This document shows, one piece after another, positions 51,306-62,225 of a DNA stretch of 64,000 nt. This DNA is from an uncultured delta proteobacterium (lineage in GTDB: Bacteria; Desulfobacterota; RBG-13-43-22), in assembly GCA_963843145.1 (NCBI GenBank), contig CAWJJC010000010.1:160001-224000 (forward strand). Direction: 5' to 3'. A model generated the notes under the pieces. The model saw nothing but the letters and a program-made list of their open reading frames with translations, was not told the DNA's origin and did no database searches. The position numbers and the translations under genes are program-made. Position 1 is the first letter of the stretch, and each line of letters begins with the position of its first letter.

Positions 51306-52165
51306 GACGTGGCTCTTCTGCCGAAGAGGCCCTGGGGCCGCCAGATGAGCATAACGACCATGACGGCATAGATGATAAAGGCCCCGATTTCGGGGATGTA
51401 GTACTTACCGGCCACATCGAAGACGCCCAGGATGAGCGCCGCAGCCAACGGGCCGCCTACGGTACCGGTCCCGCCCACGGCGACGACGATCAAAAAATAG
51501 ACCAGGAACTTTACCGGAAAAGTCGGGTCCAGGTTGAGGATTTCGATCCCCAGGGCTCCGGCCAATCCGGCCAGTCCCGATCCTAAGCCGAAGGTGATAG
51601 CGAAGAGACGATTGACATTGATGCCCAGGCCCCGGGCGACACGTCCATTATCGACGGCGGCACGCAGCCGGCTGCCGAAGCGGGTCCGCATCAGGCCCAG
51701 GTGGAGGAACAGGGCGATGAGGCCGCAAAGCCCGATCAGGAAGAGGCGGTAGACTCCGACGTCGAAGCCGGAGAAGACGTGAAACTGCCCTTGCAGGAAT
51801 GAGGGAACTTGAATGATCTGATGTTGAGAGCCCATGAAATAGGCGGCGGCGGCCATGGAGGCAAAGACGATCCCAATGGTGAACAGCACCTGATCCAAGG
51901 GATGGGCATTGTACAGGCGAACGTAGAGGGTGCGCTCCAGGATCACCCCGGCCAAGGCCGAAACGATGAAGGCTACGGGCAGACAAAAGAGGAAAGGCAG
52001 GCCCCAGTGGTTCAACAGCACCACGGCCACATAACCGCCTAACATGGCGAACGAACCGTGGGCCAGATTGACGAAGTTCATGATGCCGAGGGTCACGCTT
52101 AACCCGAGGGCCAGCAGGAATAGCAAAGCCCCCGAGGAAACGCCATCAAAGAGGACGGTCAACAT
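51302..52165 (-). CDS. livH: LIV-type ABC permease
   Basis: GLSVTLG.M.FVNLAHG, TRFG..LRA, VVAVGG.G. Confidence 0.9.
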   Translation of the reverse strand: MLTVLFDGVSSGALLFLLALGLSVTLGIMNFVNLAHGSFAMLGGYVAVVLLNHWGLPFLFCLPVAFIVSALAGVILERTLYVRLYNAHPLDQVLFTIGIVFASMAAAAYFMGSQHQIIQVPSFLQGQFHVFSGFDVGVYRLFLIGLCGLIALFLHLGLMRTRFGSRLRAAVDNGRVARGLGINVNRLFAITFGLGSGLAGLAGALGIEILNLDPTFPVKFLVYFLIVVAVGGTGTVGGPLAAALILGVFDVAGKYYIPEIGAFIIYAVMVVMLIWRPQGLFGRRATS

Positions 52166-52195
52166 GGGATCGTCTGCTGTTTTGCCGATCGACGA

Positions 52196-53365
52196 TTACT
52201 TCCCGCTTGGGGGTACCGAGGCGATATGGTCGAACTCGACATTGAACAAATGACCGCCTACTCGCTTCACCTCGCGCATATAGACATCTTGGACGATATC
52301 GCGGGTCCGCGGATCGATGCTGACCGGGCCGCGGGGGCTGACCCAGCTTAAGCCCTTGGCCGCGGCGATGAATTTGTCGCCTTCGGCCGAGCCATTGGTC
52401 TTCTTCAGGACCCGGTAAATCAAATCCATGCCATCCCAGCCACCGACGGCCATGAAGTTCGGCCGCATACCGGGGTTGGCTTTCTCGAAGGCGGCCACGT
52501 AGGCCTTGTTCTCGGGTGAAGGATGGGCCGCGGAATAGTACTGCGAGGTAATCGTCCCGATAGCCGGATCCCCCATGGAGTCCAGGATGTCGTCATCCGT
52601 CATGTCGCCCGTGCCGATGAGCTTGATGCCGGCCTTGGACAGACCACGCTCGGCGAACTGCTTCATCACCGCGGCACCCTGGCCGGAGGGAACGAAGACA
52701 AACAGGGCCTGGGGTTTGGCATCTTTGGCCCGTTGGACAAAGGGCGCATAGTCGGGATTCTGAAGGGGAACCCGGGCGCTGCCGACCACTTTCCCTCCGT
52801 TTTGTTCGAACACCCGCTTAAAGCTGGTCTCCGCGTCAATGCCCGGCGCGTAGTCGCTTATCAGCGTGAACACCGTCTTAATACCGTGCTGGGAAGCCCA
52901 AACCGCCAGCGGAGTGGAATTTTGGGGCAGCGTACCCGAAGTGCGTAAGATATAGGGAGACTTCTCCGGGATAACCAGGGTCATGGCCGACATAACGATC
53001 ATGGGGGTCTTGGCGAGCGTGGCGATCGGGGCCGCCGCGAAGGCCAGCGGTGTCAGCCCAAATCCGGCCAGGATTTCGGCGTGATCATTGGTGACCAGTT
53101 CCTGGGCGAAACGTTTGGTGGTCTCCGGCACGCTGGTATCATCCCGCAGTAAGAGCTCGATCTTGCGGCCGGCCACCACATTGCCGTGCTCGGCCAGATA
53201 AAGCTTGACGGCCGCAACGACCTGCTTGCCGGTCGAGGCAAAAGGTCCGGTCATCGGGAGAATCAGACCGATCTTTAGGGGTTGTTGGGCCATGGCCCTT
53301 TCAGATAAAAAAACGGACGCGGACAGAAAAACCAAAAATAAAGTGAAGAACAATCTTATTCTCAT
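52196..53365 (-). CDS. LIV-type ABC substrate-binding protein (aromatic-acid-binding-like)
   Basis: Signal peptide, KIGLILPMTG, GFGLTP, SDYAPG, SPRGP..ID..TRD. Confidence 0.88.
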   Translation of the reverse strand: MRIRLFFTLFLVFLSASVFLSERAMAQQPLKIGLILPMTGPFASTGKQVVAAVKLYLAEHGNVVAGRKIELLLRDDTSVPETTKRFAQELVTNDHAEILAGFGLTPLAFAAAPIATLAKTPMIVMSAMTLVIPEKSPYILRTSGTLPQNSTPLAVWASQHGIKTVFTLISDYAPGIDAETSFKRVFEQNGGKVVGSARVPLQNPDYAPFVQRAKDAKPQALFVFVPSGQGAAVMKQFAERGLSKAGIKLIGTGDMTDDDILDSMGDPAIGTITSQYYSAAHPSPENKAYVAAFEKANPGMRPNFMAVGGWDGMDLIYRVLKKTNGSAEGDKFIAAAKGLSWVSPRGPVSIDPRTRDIVQDVYMREVKRVGGHLFNVEFDHIASVPPSGK

Positions 53366-53585
53366 GACTCTCCTCTCTTTTGGTCAGCAATCATGACCGT
53401 CATGGTGAAAGTTGATTTAACAGAAGGTCTAGGATAAAAGAAACTCCCTAATCACGAGTGAACCGTCTTCGCCTTATTGGTGAAATTGGCCGGGGAAACA
53501 GTTCGTTTAAGCCGGGAAAAGTATAGGAAAGGGGAAATAGAGAGTCAAGGGGAAAAAAACGGACGGTTATTCGTCCTTTTTTGAA

Positions 53586-53675
53586 GCCCGGAGTACCTCT
53601 GGAAAACCCCTTTGTCGAGACCCGACGGCCATACCAGATAGGCGGGGGTACCCGCCCAAAAGGGCGAAGCGTTAA
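53586..53675. repeat. Partial copy of family A (one end)
   Basis: CCGGAGTACC..GGAAAACCC..GAGACCCG..GGCCATACCAGAT..CCCAAAAGGGCGAAGC. Confidence 0.7.
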
Positions 53676-53842
53676 ATAGACAGCCGCAAAACAGAAAGGA
53701 TGCCCTTCAATAAAGTGGCTCTGACTGACCCGCCGCTAAATCGGGCTCGCCGCAATGGCGCCGGATTCGCGGCGAGAACCCACGAAGCCCAAGTCGATAA
53801 CGGCTTACCCGGCTAGGTTCAGGCCGGGTGCTCCCTCCCCAG

Positions 53843-55556
53843 TTATTTCACCGGGGAGGCATCCCACTCCCCTTCCCGTCGCAATTGTTCCACGATGGGC
53901 TGGGCCAGCTTCTGCAGGGCCAGCTTGTCCACTTTGGTGCTGCGGGTGATTGGGAATTCCCGGCCGGCGGGCCAGAGCTCCACATGCTGGGGCCGCTTGT
54001 AGGAGGCGATTTCCCGGCAGTGGGCCAGCACTTCCTCGGCGGTCAGCGCCGCCCCCGGGAGGAGGCGCACAAAGGCAAAGATCCCCTCGTCAAAAAGCCG
54101 ATGTTCCAGACCCACCACTTCGGCCACTTCCACCCCGGGCAGCCGGCCGATGTGGGCTTCGACCTCATCCGGAAAAACGTTATAACCTTTTTGTTTGATC
54201 ACGAACTTCCGCCTCCCGGCCAGAAAGAGGGCCCGGTAGGTTCCCAGGTTTTTGAAGGAGCCGAGGTCCCCGGTATAGAGGATCCCTTCTCTGGAAATGG
54301 TTTTGGCCGTTTCCTGAGGCTGGTTGTAGTAGCCGAGGAACACCAGGGGTGGATGGTAGCAGATCTCCCCGATCTCCCCTTCAGGGAGTTCCTCCCCGGC
54401 GCTGCCGTCCGGGTTCATGGGCCTGCGGACCGTAACGGCCGCCAGGTCGGGGAAGGCCCGCCCCACCTGGCCGACCATTTCCTCCGGCGGAATATCCTTC
54501 GGGGTAAAGGTGGCGAAGCCGGCATTTTCGGTCATGCCGATACCGGTGCCGAAATGGGGAGCCATGCCGGAGAGTTTTTTCAGGAAGGCCAGATCCACCG
54601 CCGAACCGGCATAGGCCACGAAGCGCAGGCTGCTCAGATCGAGACCGGGATAGTCGGGATGATTCCAGAGCATCCGGTACTGGGTGGGGATCTGCCCGAG
54701 GACATTGACCCGGTGCTTGGGAATGGCCTCCAGGGTCATCTTGACATCAAAGATGCGCAACAGGACGGTCGTGCCCCCCAGGGCCATGGTGGTCATGAAA
54801 CATTCGGTCAGACAGCCCACGTGGCTGGGAGGCAGGTTGATCAGGATACGCAGGTCGCTGCCCAGTCCCACGTCCAATCCCCGGGCCAGGATCTCGTTCT
54901 GGGTGATGATGTTCTCGTGGCAGAGCAGGGCCGGTTTGGGATCGCCGGTTGTCCCGGTGGTATAGATGATCAAGGCCGGGGTCCGGGGTTTGACCTGTCG
55001 ATAAGCCTTTTCCAGCCTCCGGGTGAAGAGGTCCTTGATTTTCAAAGCCAGGAGCTTCTTCTTGTCCATCATCCCGGTGATCGACCAGGCCCCGTCCAGG
55101 AGTTCCCCGGGCTTCGGGTCGGCCGTAAACTGCACCAGAAATTCGACGGAAGGGACAGTGCGCTTTTACCGCTTGGCCGACCTGGCGGAAATCTCGGACC
55201 GGGGTCTGTCCCAGGAAGAAAAAGACCTTGGGGTTGATTTTGTTCAGGTCCCGGACGACTTCTTCATCCTTGAGGCGCAGGTCCAGCGGGGAAACAATGG
55301 CTCCGATCTTAAAACAGGCGTACATCAGCATCAGGTGTTCCGGAATCAAAACCAGTTGGGTGGCCACGCGGTCTCCCTCCCGGACACCCATATCCAGCAG
55401 ACGCAGGGCGAAGAAGTCGATCAGGGAAAGAAACCGTTTATAGGATACGGTTTTGCCGTCCTCGTGCTGGATCATGGCCGGTTTATCCGGAAAGGTTTTC
55501 GCCCAGTGCTCGATATAGGAATTGACCAAGGGTAATCTAACAAAAGGGGTGGTCAT
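53843..55556 (-). CDS. Acyl-CoA synthetase (AMP-forming), frameshift at ~55150
   Basis: YTTGTTGDPK, GMTE, YTGDLG, GYNVFP; N-terminal part in ORF 54747-55556. Confidence 0.85.
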
Positions 55557-55569
55557 GTTTCCTCCTTAT

Positions 55570-55875
55570 ATTAACGGTCACGAAATAATATTGACAGGAT
55601 TCCTTAACGCCGCCAGTCACAACGTAAGACAAAAGACGATCTCTCGCAGAGCGCACAGGGATCGCAGAGAATATATAATTTTTGATTGCCGCTGAGAGGC
55701 CGGCAATCAAAAAAAATCTCCCGCTCCGCGAATGAGACCCCGCCGGAGGCGTGAGTTTTTTTGAAAAATCGGCGTCTCAGCGATTTTTCAAAGACTAAAA
55801 TCATCTTTCTCTGCGCCCTCTGAGAACTCGAGCGAAGCGGGCGAGAGATAAAAAGAACCCTCCCTGTAAATACAA
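55570..55875. repeat. Family B copy 2
   Basis: Colinear with 38221-38527. Confidence 0.85.
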
Positions 55876-55943
55876 GTCGAAAAACGACTTTCTGCGAGGC
55901 GGGACTCTCCCGCCACTTGAAGTAAATTCAAGTGGTCCCACCC

Positions 55944-56843
55944 TCACCCACTTTCGGTGAGTCCGTCATTTTTTATGAAGGCGTAGCCTTTGCTGATGGC
56001 CGGCTGCCCTTCCGCGTTCTGGACGATAAAATACAGATCGGTCCCTTCGGGCCGGGGGAGTTTTCCGACTAGACCAATCCGAATGGAGGTCCCGGGCAGA
56101 ACCATACCGCTGAACCGGCCGGAGAAGGCCCCGAGTCTCCGGGGATCCTTCCCGGCTTCCCGATTCAGGATCTCCCGGGCGGCCAGGGCCAATGTGGCGG
56201 TTCCCTGGAGGATGATCCCGGGCAGCCCGACCCGGCGGGCAAAGCTTCGCGAGGTATGGATGGGGAAGAAGATATTGGTACAGCCGTCGTAGAGGAAGGG
56301 CCGCAGGGTGTCGATGGGCAGGGTCGTTTCCCAGAGGGCTCGGTCCGCCTCCGGGACGGATGGGATCGCCGGGAGGGCCTCCTGCCCCTGCCCGTCCCCG
56401 GTGCAGGACACTCCCCGCATCAAGGCCCCGGTATGCTCGGTGAAAACCCGTTGGCCCTTCTGGTCCGAAGCCTCAAAGCAGATCACTACCCGGGTCCCGG
56501 CCCGATGGGGCAGGATGGCGGCGATCTTCCCCTGAACCGTCAAGTGATCTCCGGGCCGCGCGGGGCGATGGAAGACCAGGTGCTCGGTATGGTGGACCTG
56601 GGTGAAGAGGACCTCCGGTGGAAACCGCTCGCTGTCGATAAATTCCCAGATCCGCTCCAGGATGGGCCAGGTAACAGCCACGCTGAAAAGCGGTGGGGCG
56701 ACAATCCCCGGATCGCGCTCGTCGTCAAAATACCAGGGATTGTCATCCCCCACGGCGGCAGCGTAATTCATCGTCTCCCGCCAGGTCACTTCCCGGTCAT
56801 AGGGTTTCAGCATCGTTCCGACCAGGTCTGAACTCAGGTTCAT
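55944..56843 (-). CDS. Double hot-dog MaoC-like (R)-enoyl-CoA hydratase/dehydratase
   Basis: YAAAVGD.NP, PIH..FA..GLPGIILQG, RF.G.VLPG. Confidence 0.85.
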   Translation of the reverse strand: MNLSSDLVGTMLKPYDREVTWRETMNYAAAVGDDNPWYFDDERDPGIVAPPLFSVAVTWPILERIWEFIDSERFPPEVLFTQVHHTEHLVFHRPARPGDHLTVQGKIAAILPHRAGTRVVICFEASDQKGQRVFTEHTGALMRGVSCTGDGQGQEALPAIPSVPEADRALWETTLPIDTLRPFLYDGCTNIFFPIHTSRSFARRVGLPGIILQGTATLALAAREILNREAGKDPRRLGAFSGRFSGMVLPGTSIRIGLVGKLPRPEGTDLYFIVQNAEGQPAISKGYAFIKNDGLTESG

Positions 56844-56949
56844 GAAGGTCTCCCATTGGTACGAAAAACCACTTCGTGATTTAAAATTCGGTGTTCGATA
56901 TTCGAACTTCGTTTTTTCCTTTTCATATTAAACCGTTTTCCCTTGAGGC

Positions 56950-57738
56950 TCAGGATCGGCCTTCCTCGGCCAGGCAGGCGGCGCCAAGGGCGGCGGTGAG
57001 CCGAGGGGTCTCCGGAACCCGCACCTCCAAACCCAGGGCCTCGCTGACGACCCGGACCAGGCCGGTGTCTTCGGCCCCGCCGCCAGTGAGAACCACCTCC
57101 GGCTCCATTTTCACCCTTTTGGCCAGCAGGGCCACTTTGGCGGCCATGGCGCGATGCACGCCGGCCAGCAGGTCTTCCGGACGGGCGCCTTCAGCCAATC
57201 GCGAGACGGTCTCCGATTCGGCAAAGACGGCGCAGTTGGTGGAAAATTCCACCGGCCTTTCCGATTTCAGGGAAAGTGGGCCGATGGCTTCCCATTCGAT
57301 CTGCAGGATACGGGCTATGATCTTCAGGAAGCGGCCGGAGCCGGCGGCGCATTTTTCGCTGATCAGGAAATCGACCACCCGGCCCTCGTTGTTCAGCTTG
57401 GCGGCTTTGGTGAACTGCCCGCCGATATCGATCACGGTGCGGGCCGCTGGGAAGTGGAAACGGCAGCCCCTGGCCTGGCAGGATATGTCGGACACCGTCC
57501 GGGCCGAAAAGGGGGCGCTTTCCGCTCCGACACCGGTGACCACAATGCCGGCGAGTTGTTCCCGGTTCAGCCCGGCCCGGGCCAAGGCCGCCTCCAACAC
57601 GCCTCGGGCCGTTTCCCGGTAGCGCCCCCCGGAAGGACACATTTCGGAAGCCAGGATTTTTTGACCGCTGAGCAGCACCGCCTTGATAAAGGCCGAACCG
57701 ATATCCACTCCGGCAAAACAGGCGGGCGCTTTGCTCAT
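56950..57738 (-). CDS. ASKHA activase subunit (BzdP/BcrD-like)
   Basis: GVDIGS, DIGGQFTK, SEKCAAGSGRF, NCAVFAESE. Confidence 0.85.
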   Translation of the reverse strand: MSKAPACFAGVDIGSAFIKAVLLSGQKILASEMCPSGGRYRETARGVLEAALARAGLNREQLAGIVVTGVGAESAPFSARTVSDISCQARGCRFHFPAARTVIDIGGQFTKAAKLNNEGRVVDFLISEKCAAGSGRFLKIIARILQIEWEAIGPLSLKSERPVEFSTNCAVFAESETVSRLAEGARPEDLLAGVHRAMAAKVALLAKRVKMEPEVVLTGGGAEDTGLVRVVSEALGLEVRVPETPRLTAALGAACLAEEGRS

Positions 57739-58565
57739 TGGAAGAAGGTCACCCCTTCCAGTTTTCTGGCCCGGTTCGGGATCACCCCGCGGGCGGTGAA
57801 GTCCATTCCCAAGAGGGCCGCCCCCAACGCACCGGTGAGGAGGGGTTCATCGGGCACCAGCACCGGGAAACCGACCTGGTCTCCCACGGCCTGGATCAAC
57901 CCGCTGTTCATGGCCCCGCCGCCGGTGACTGCCACGTCCTTTTGGATCCCCAGAGCGCGGACCAGATTGACCACCCGCCCGGCAATGGCCGCGTGCAACC
58001 CGGCGATGATTTCCGGGATACCCGCCCCCTCGGCCAGCCGGGAAGTCACCTCGTGTTCGGCAAAGACGGTGCAGGTATTGGAAATAGGGACGGCTTCCTT
58101 GGCCATCAGCGAAAGGCCGCCCATTTCGGCCAGGGGGATCCCCAGGGTATCGGCGATCACCTCCAGGAAACGGCCGGTACCGGCGGCGCACTTATCGTTC
58201 ATGACAAAGTTGATGACCTTGCCGCCGGCGTCCAGCTTGATACCCTTGGAGTCCTGCCCGCCGATATCGATAACCGTCCGGACCGTGGGAAAGAGGGCCC
58301 GAATGCCCCGGGCGTGGCAGGTGATCTCCGTAATCTGCTTGTCGGCGAAGGGGACGTTGATCCGTCCGTACCCGGTGGCCACGATAAAGTCCAGGCCCTC
58401 CAGGGCCAGGCCCGTTTTGTCCAGGATCCCGGCCAGCACTTGCAGGGCTAAATGGCGGTGTTCGGCGCCGGTAGGGCCGATGATTGATCCCAGAACTTTT
58501 CCTTCCCCGTCGGTGATAACCGCCTTGGTCATGGTGGAGCCGATGTCAATGCCGGCATAGGGCAT
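57735..58565 (-). CDS. ASKHA activase subunit (BzdQ/BcrA/HgdC-like)
   Basis: GIDIGS, ATGYGR, TEITCHA, DIGGQDSK, MNDKCAAGTGRF. Confidence 0.9.
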   Translation of the reverse strand: MPYAGIDIGSTMTKAVITDGEGKVLGSIIGPTGAEHRHLALQVLAGILDKTGLALEGLDFIVATGYGRINVPFADKQITEITCHARGIRALFPTVRTVIDIGGQDSKGIKLDAGGKVINFVMNDKCAAGTGRFLEVIADTLGIPLAEMGGLSLMAKEAVPISNTCTVFAEHEVTSRLAEGAGIPEIIAGLHAAIAGRVVNLVRALGIQKDVAVTGGGAMNSGLIQAVGDQVGFPVLVPDEPLLTGALGAALLGMDFTARGVIPNRARKLEGVTFFQ

Positions 58566-58613
58566 AATTATCTTTTGTATACCGTCTCTTTATTGTATTT
58601 ACCGGTAATCTCT

Positions 58614-58698
58614 CGTCATCCCCGAATGCCTTTATCGGGGATCCATTGTTCCTTGAGAAAGGCCTGGATTCCCGCTCAGAAGCGCTGCGGAAATGACG
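58614..58698. repeat. Family C element inside the operon spacer
   Basis: Reverse-complement match to 44708-44792. Confidence 0.75.
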
Positions 58699-58853
58699 CG
58701 CATTAATTCCGAGTAGTTTTTGTTTTGGTCATTTGGATTTGGGACTTTCGTGCTTGTTTCGAATTTCGTGCTTCGGATTTCGGATTTAAAGATCGCGCCG
58801 GTTCAATACTATTATCGTACCTGGACCCTTTGCCCCTTTCTCCAACCTTCCAT

Positions 58854-60167
58854 TTACGCCCGCCCCGCCAGGGCCTCGATAAAGGCCCCGATCTGGGCCT
58901 TCCAGTGGGCCTCGGAGTAATCCCGGAGATCGACCATGTCGGAGACCAACTGCATCATGGGGATATCCGTGAATTGACCCAGGAGGTTTTTGATATGCAC
59001 CTGGCCGACCGTGGTCGCCCGGCAGGAACGGCAGGCGTGGAAGACCACCCCGTCGATCCGGTAATCGTTGATCATCCCCAGCAGCTTTTCCACGATGGGA
59101 TGGCCGCTGTGGGCCCGGGCCTGGTCGTGACGCTGCGTGAAGCGCAGAAAGGTCCGCCAGGCCAGGTATTCGACCGGGTCTTTGATCCGGGCCGGCACTT
59201 CCACGGGGTCGTAGCCCCGGTAAACGTTCTCAATTACGAATACGGCGCCGAAGCTTTCGAAGTAATTAAAGATCCAGAGGGTGTGCCAGGGGGGCAAGCC
59301 ACCGCCGTAGAGCAGGCGGTACTTTTCCTCGGGGATGACGCCGATCTTGTTTTCCGCCTTGGCCTTGACCTCATCGTAGAGCCCCTGGTAGAAATCCACC
59401 GCCACCTGGGTGCCGGAGAAATAATGGCCGGCCACCATGACGCTGAAGTGGTCCTGGGTCGGCATGGGGCTGGGGACGGCGACGCGCAGTCGGTCGATCT
59501 CGTACCAGAGCCGCCAGGACTCATCCCCCAGCCGGATGGTCTCCCAGAGCCTCTCTGGATCAAGCTTCTGGCCGGTCTGCTGCTCGAGAAACCCGATCAG
59601 ACCCTGAAACTGCTCTTTTTGATAGTGGATATAGTAGTCCCGCACCCGGTCCAGGTCCGCGTAAACCGGCGGCCCAACCACATCGATATTATAGGTAGGC
59701 ACGTCCAGGTAGCGCCCCGCCGCCTGAAACCATTTGAAGCGGGGGTCGCAGACGGCGCTGCTGCCCAGCATCAGGTCTGGGACGGGCATCCCGCCGTCCG
59801 GGGCGTTTTCCGGCAGGCCGCCCAGCTCTTTTCGCAGGCTGTCGAAGCCCAGGCCGATCCGGGCATAGCTGCAAAGCACCTGGGAGTAGCCGTCCGCTTC
59901 CGCCTGGAGGAGAAAGCGGTCCATGTCGCGCTTGGCGGCGCACAAGCCGGCATAGTTTTCCGTGGGCAGAGGCACGATATCCATGGCCCGCAGGATTTCG
60001 TCATACTGGGAAGCCACCATAAAATAGGCCACTTTCTGGCCCCGGGCCTTGGCTTCGTGGGCGTTCCGGTAGATGCTCTTCACCAGGGCCCGCACCTGCC
60101 GGGCCGTTTCCGTGCCTTTGATCGCCGTGGTTTTTTGCTTTCCCTTCTCTTCCCTAACCATAACCAT
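58854..60167 (-). CDS. 2-hydroxyacyl-CoA dehydratase / benzoyl-CoA reductase subunit (BzdO/BcrB-like)
   Basis: PTENY, LCSY, CDPRFKWFQ, EKYRL, DGVVFH..SC, DMVD.R. Confidence 0.85.
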   Translation of the reverse strand: MVMVREEKGKQKTTAIKGTETARQVRALVKSIYRNAHEAKARGQKVAYFMVASQYDEILRAMDIVPLPTENYAGLCAAKRDMDRFLLQAEADGYSQVLCSYARIGLGFDSLRKELGGLPENAPDGGMPVPDLMLGSSAVCDPRFKWFQAAGRYLDVPTYNIDVVGPPVYADLDRVRDYYIHYQKEQFQGLIGFLEQQTGQKLDPERLWETIRLGDESWRLWYEIDRLRVAVPSPMPTQDHFSVMVAGHYFSGTQVAVDFYQGLYDEVKAKAENKIGVIPEEKYRLLYGGGLPPWHTLWIFNYFESFGAVFVIENVYRGYDPVEVPARIKDPVEYLAWRTFLRFTQRHDQARAHSGHPIVEKLLGMINDYRIDGVVFHACRSCRATTVGQVHIKNLLGQFTDIPMMQLVSDMVDLRDYSEAHWKAQIGAFIEALAGRA

Positions 60168-60172
60168 TCCCT

Positions 60173-61312
60173 TTAAGTCAGCATTTCCAGAAAGGCCTGG
60201 ACCCGGGTACGGAGCTGGCCGCTGGCGGAGGTGGAGTAATCGTCCTCGATCATCAGCACCGGAAGCGGCATTCCCTCCAAGTATTCCCGCAAATCAGGCC
60301 CTTCCAGTTCACAGGTATCGCAGTAGCGAACGATCGTGCCGATGACCCCGTCGACCTTCCATTCCCTGACGAACCGGCCGATGTGCCCGAAGCGGTTTTC
60401 CAGATCCTCCTCCCGGGTCCCGGTCCGGGCCTCAAAGCTGCGGGGGCAGCGGGTTTGCAGGTATCGCCGGGCCAGGCCCTCCAGGGGATCGTCGGTTTCC
60501 GGCACGTCGTCCCAGAAGAAGCGGGTGCCGGTGCAGAGATCGTCCATCACCAGGGAGGCCCCGCTCTCCTCCACCAGTTGAATAAAGGCCGCGTCGTCTA
60601 TCTCGCTGCCCCAGATGAAGAGGCGGGGAAGTTTCGGGGTCTGGGGCCGAGGGCGCGCCTGAATCTCGGCGACGGCTTCCTGGACGAGTTTCAGGTGCTC
60701 CGCCGTCGGCAGGCCCAGGCCGGCCACCAGGATCCGGGTGACCTCGGTTCCTGAAACCAGCGGCGGGTCGGCCTTTCGCAGGTCATACAGCTCCCGAAGG
60801 ACGGCCCGCCGCCGGTTGGACAAGCGGACGACTTCCCGCAGCCGGTCCGGCTCCAGTTTCCGCCCCGACCACTGCTCCAGGCTGTGGATTAAGTACTCCA
60901 GCTCCCGGCGATAGAAAGTGTCGGAGTCTGGTCCCCGCATATGAGGCACGTTGAGGAGATGGTTGAAGGGAGACGGTTTATTGTGACGCCAGATATGGAA
61001 CAGGCGCTCCACCGTATCGCAGCTATGGGGGGCCACGAACCCGTCCAAGAAATCATATTCCCCTTTCAGGGCCAGGTTGAAACAGCTTCGGGCAAAGGGG
61101 CAGGCCATGGGCTCGATGTAGGCATCCGCCTGATCGATGGGCTCACCGGGGCGGCCCTGGATGCGAAAGGGAAGCATCTCGAAAGCGGTGATGATCTCCT
61201 CGGGCACGAAGCAGCAAAGATAGCCGATGACCTTTTGGCCCGCCTCGTGCCATTCCCGGGCGCGCCGGCTTCTATCCTGATAGTAGATCTCTATCTGTTC
61301 GAAAGCGTTCAT
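60173..61312 (-). CDS. 2-hydroxyacyl-CoA dehydratase / benzoyl-CoA reductase subunit (BzdN/BcrC-like)
   Basis: GYLCCFVPEEII, CPFARS, HSCD, DDLCTG.R, YCD, TRVQAFLEM. Confidence 0.87.
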   Translation of the reverse strand: MNAFEQIEIYYQDRSRRAREWHEAGQKVIGYLCCFVPEEIITAFEMLPFRIQGRPGEPIDQADAYIEPMACPFARSCFNLALKGEYDFLDGFVAPHSCDTVERLFHIWRHNKPSPFNHLLNVPHMRGPDSDTFYRRELEYLIHSLEQWSGRKLEPDRLREVVRLSNRRRAVLRELYDLRKADPPLVSGTEVTRILVAGLGLPTAEHLKLVQEAVAEIQARPRPQTPKLPRLFIWGSEIDDAAFIQLVEESGASLVMDDLCTGTRFFWDDVPETDDPLEGLARRYLQTRCPRSFEARTGTREEDLENRFGHIGRFVREWKVDGVIGTIVRYCDTCELEGPDLREYLEGMPLPVLMIEDDYSTSASGQLRTRVQAFLEMLT

Positions 61313-61728
61313 GGGATGTGTTCCTTAATACGAAAATAGAACCCGGCGCCACTCGGGCATTCATCAATAATTAATAATTAACAATTGATTATTAATTATT
61401 AATGTAAACCAGTTAGGCTTATATCGCCCCTTATTTTCATGTTTCGGGGTGCCCGCCCCGGGCAGGGGGGTTTAGTATGAAAATCCTTATCACCCTCTTC
61501 TATTTAAATCCATTACATTTTGTGTCTCCTGCAAAAATCCTAAGCCATCATTCCGGGGCAAATCGGCATCCAGGAACGCTAATCATTTCGGTTAACAATT
61601 TTCTACAAAAATGGTTACCGTTTTTAATCATCAAAAATCATTGATAAAATCTTCCTTGGGAGGGGTTATGGGCAGCCGGCCTTGGCAATCGGGTGTAAGA
61701 GACTCCCGCGGTCTTATGGGATGATTTA

Positions 61729-62127
61729 TTGGCGTTTTTGATTTTCAGCCTGATCATAGATCTGGCCCAGCCTCAAGAACTCCCGGCGGCTTCGGATTGG
61801 ACGATTGTGGACGCACCGAATGTTAAACGTCGTTTTCATACGGCCACGCTGCTGCCGGACAGGCGGGCGCTGGTAGTCGGGGGCTCCAATAATGGCTCTC
61901 TCGCCAGCACAGAAATTTTTAACAGTGGTCTTGGATACAATTTCTTGTGGCGACCGAAGGTAACCCAAATCCCCTCGACATTAAGGCTCGGCAACGCGCT
62001 GACCTTAAATGGTTCTGGATTCAGGGGCTACGGTTTCAGCGAAGGATCGGGCGGGGGTACGAATAACTCCGCCGGCAATTACCCTATCGTCCAGGTCCTT
62101 CGCCTGGACAATGAGCAGATCGCTTGA
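61729..62127 (+). pseudogene. Kelch-repeat secreted protein remnant
   Basis: A single RFHTATLLPD..LVVGG..LASTEIF blade plus a SEGSGG..NYP..RLDNEQ segment, then an early stop. Confidence 0.6.
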
Positions 62128-62225
62128 TTAAAGCCGGACGGAGTCGGTCCCCGATTTCCGCCTCGGCCGGCTGATCGAAGGCCGCCCGGTTGAGCGTCTG
62201 CTTTTTGAATTTACTGGCATCGTCT

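Noticed and set aside
58720-58790. TTTCGGA/TTTCGTG short-period repeats (also ~56872-56912) as a distinct system
   Set aside because: Short degenerate tracts in operon spacers with no associated gene; not enough evidence for a function.
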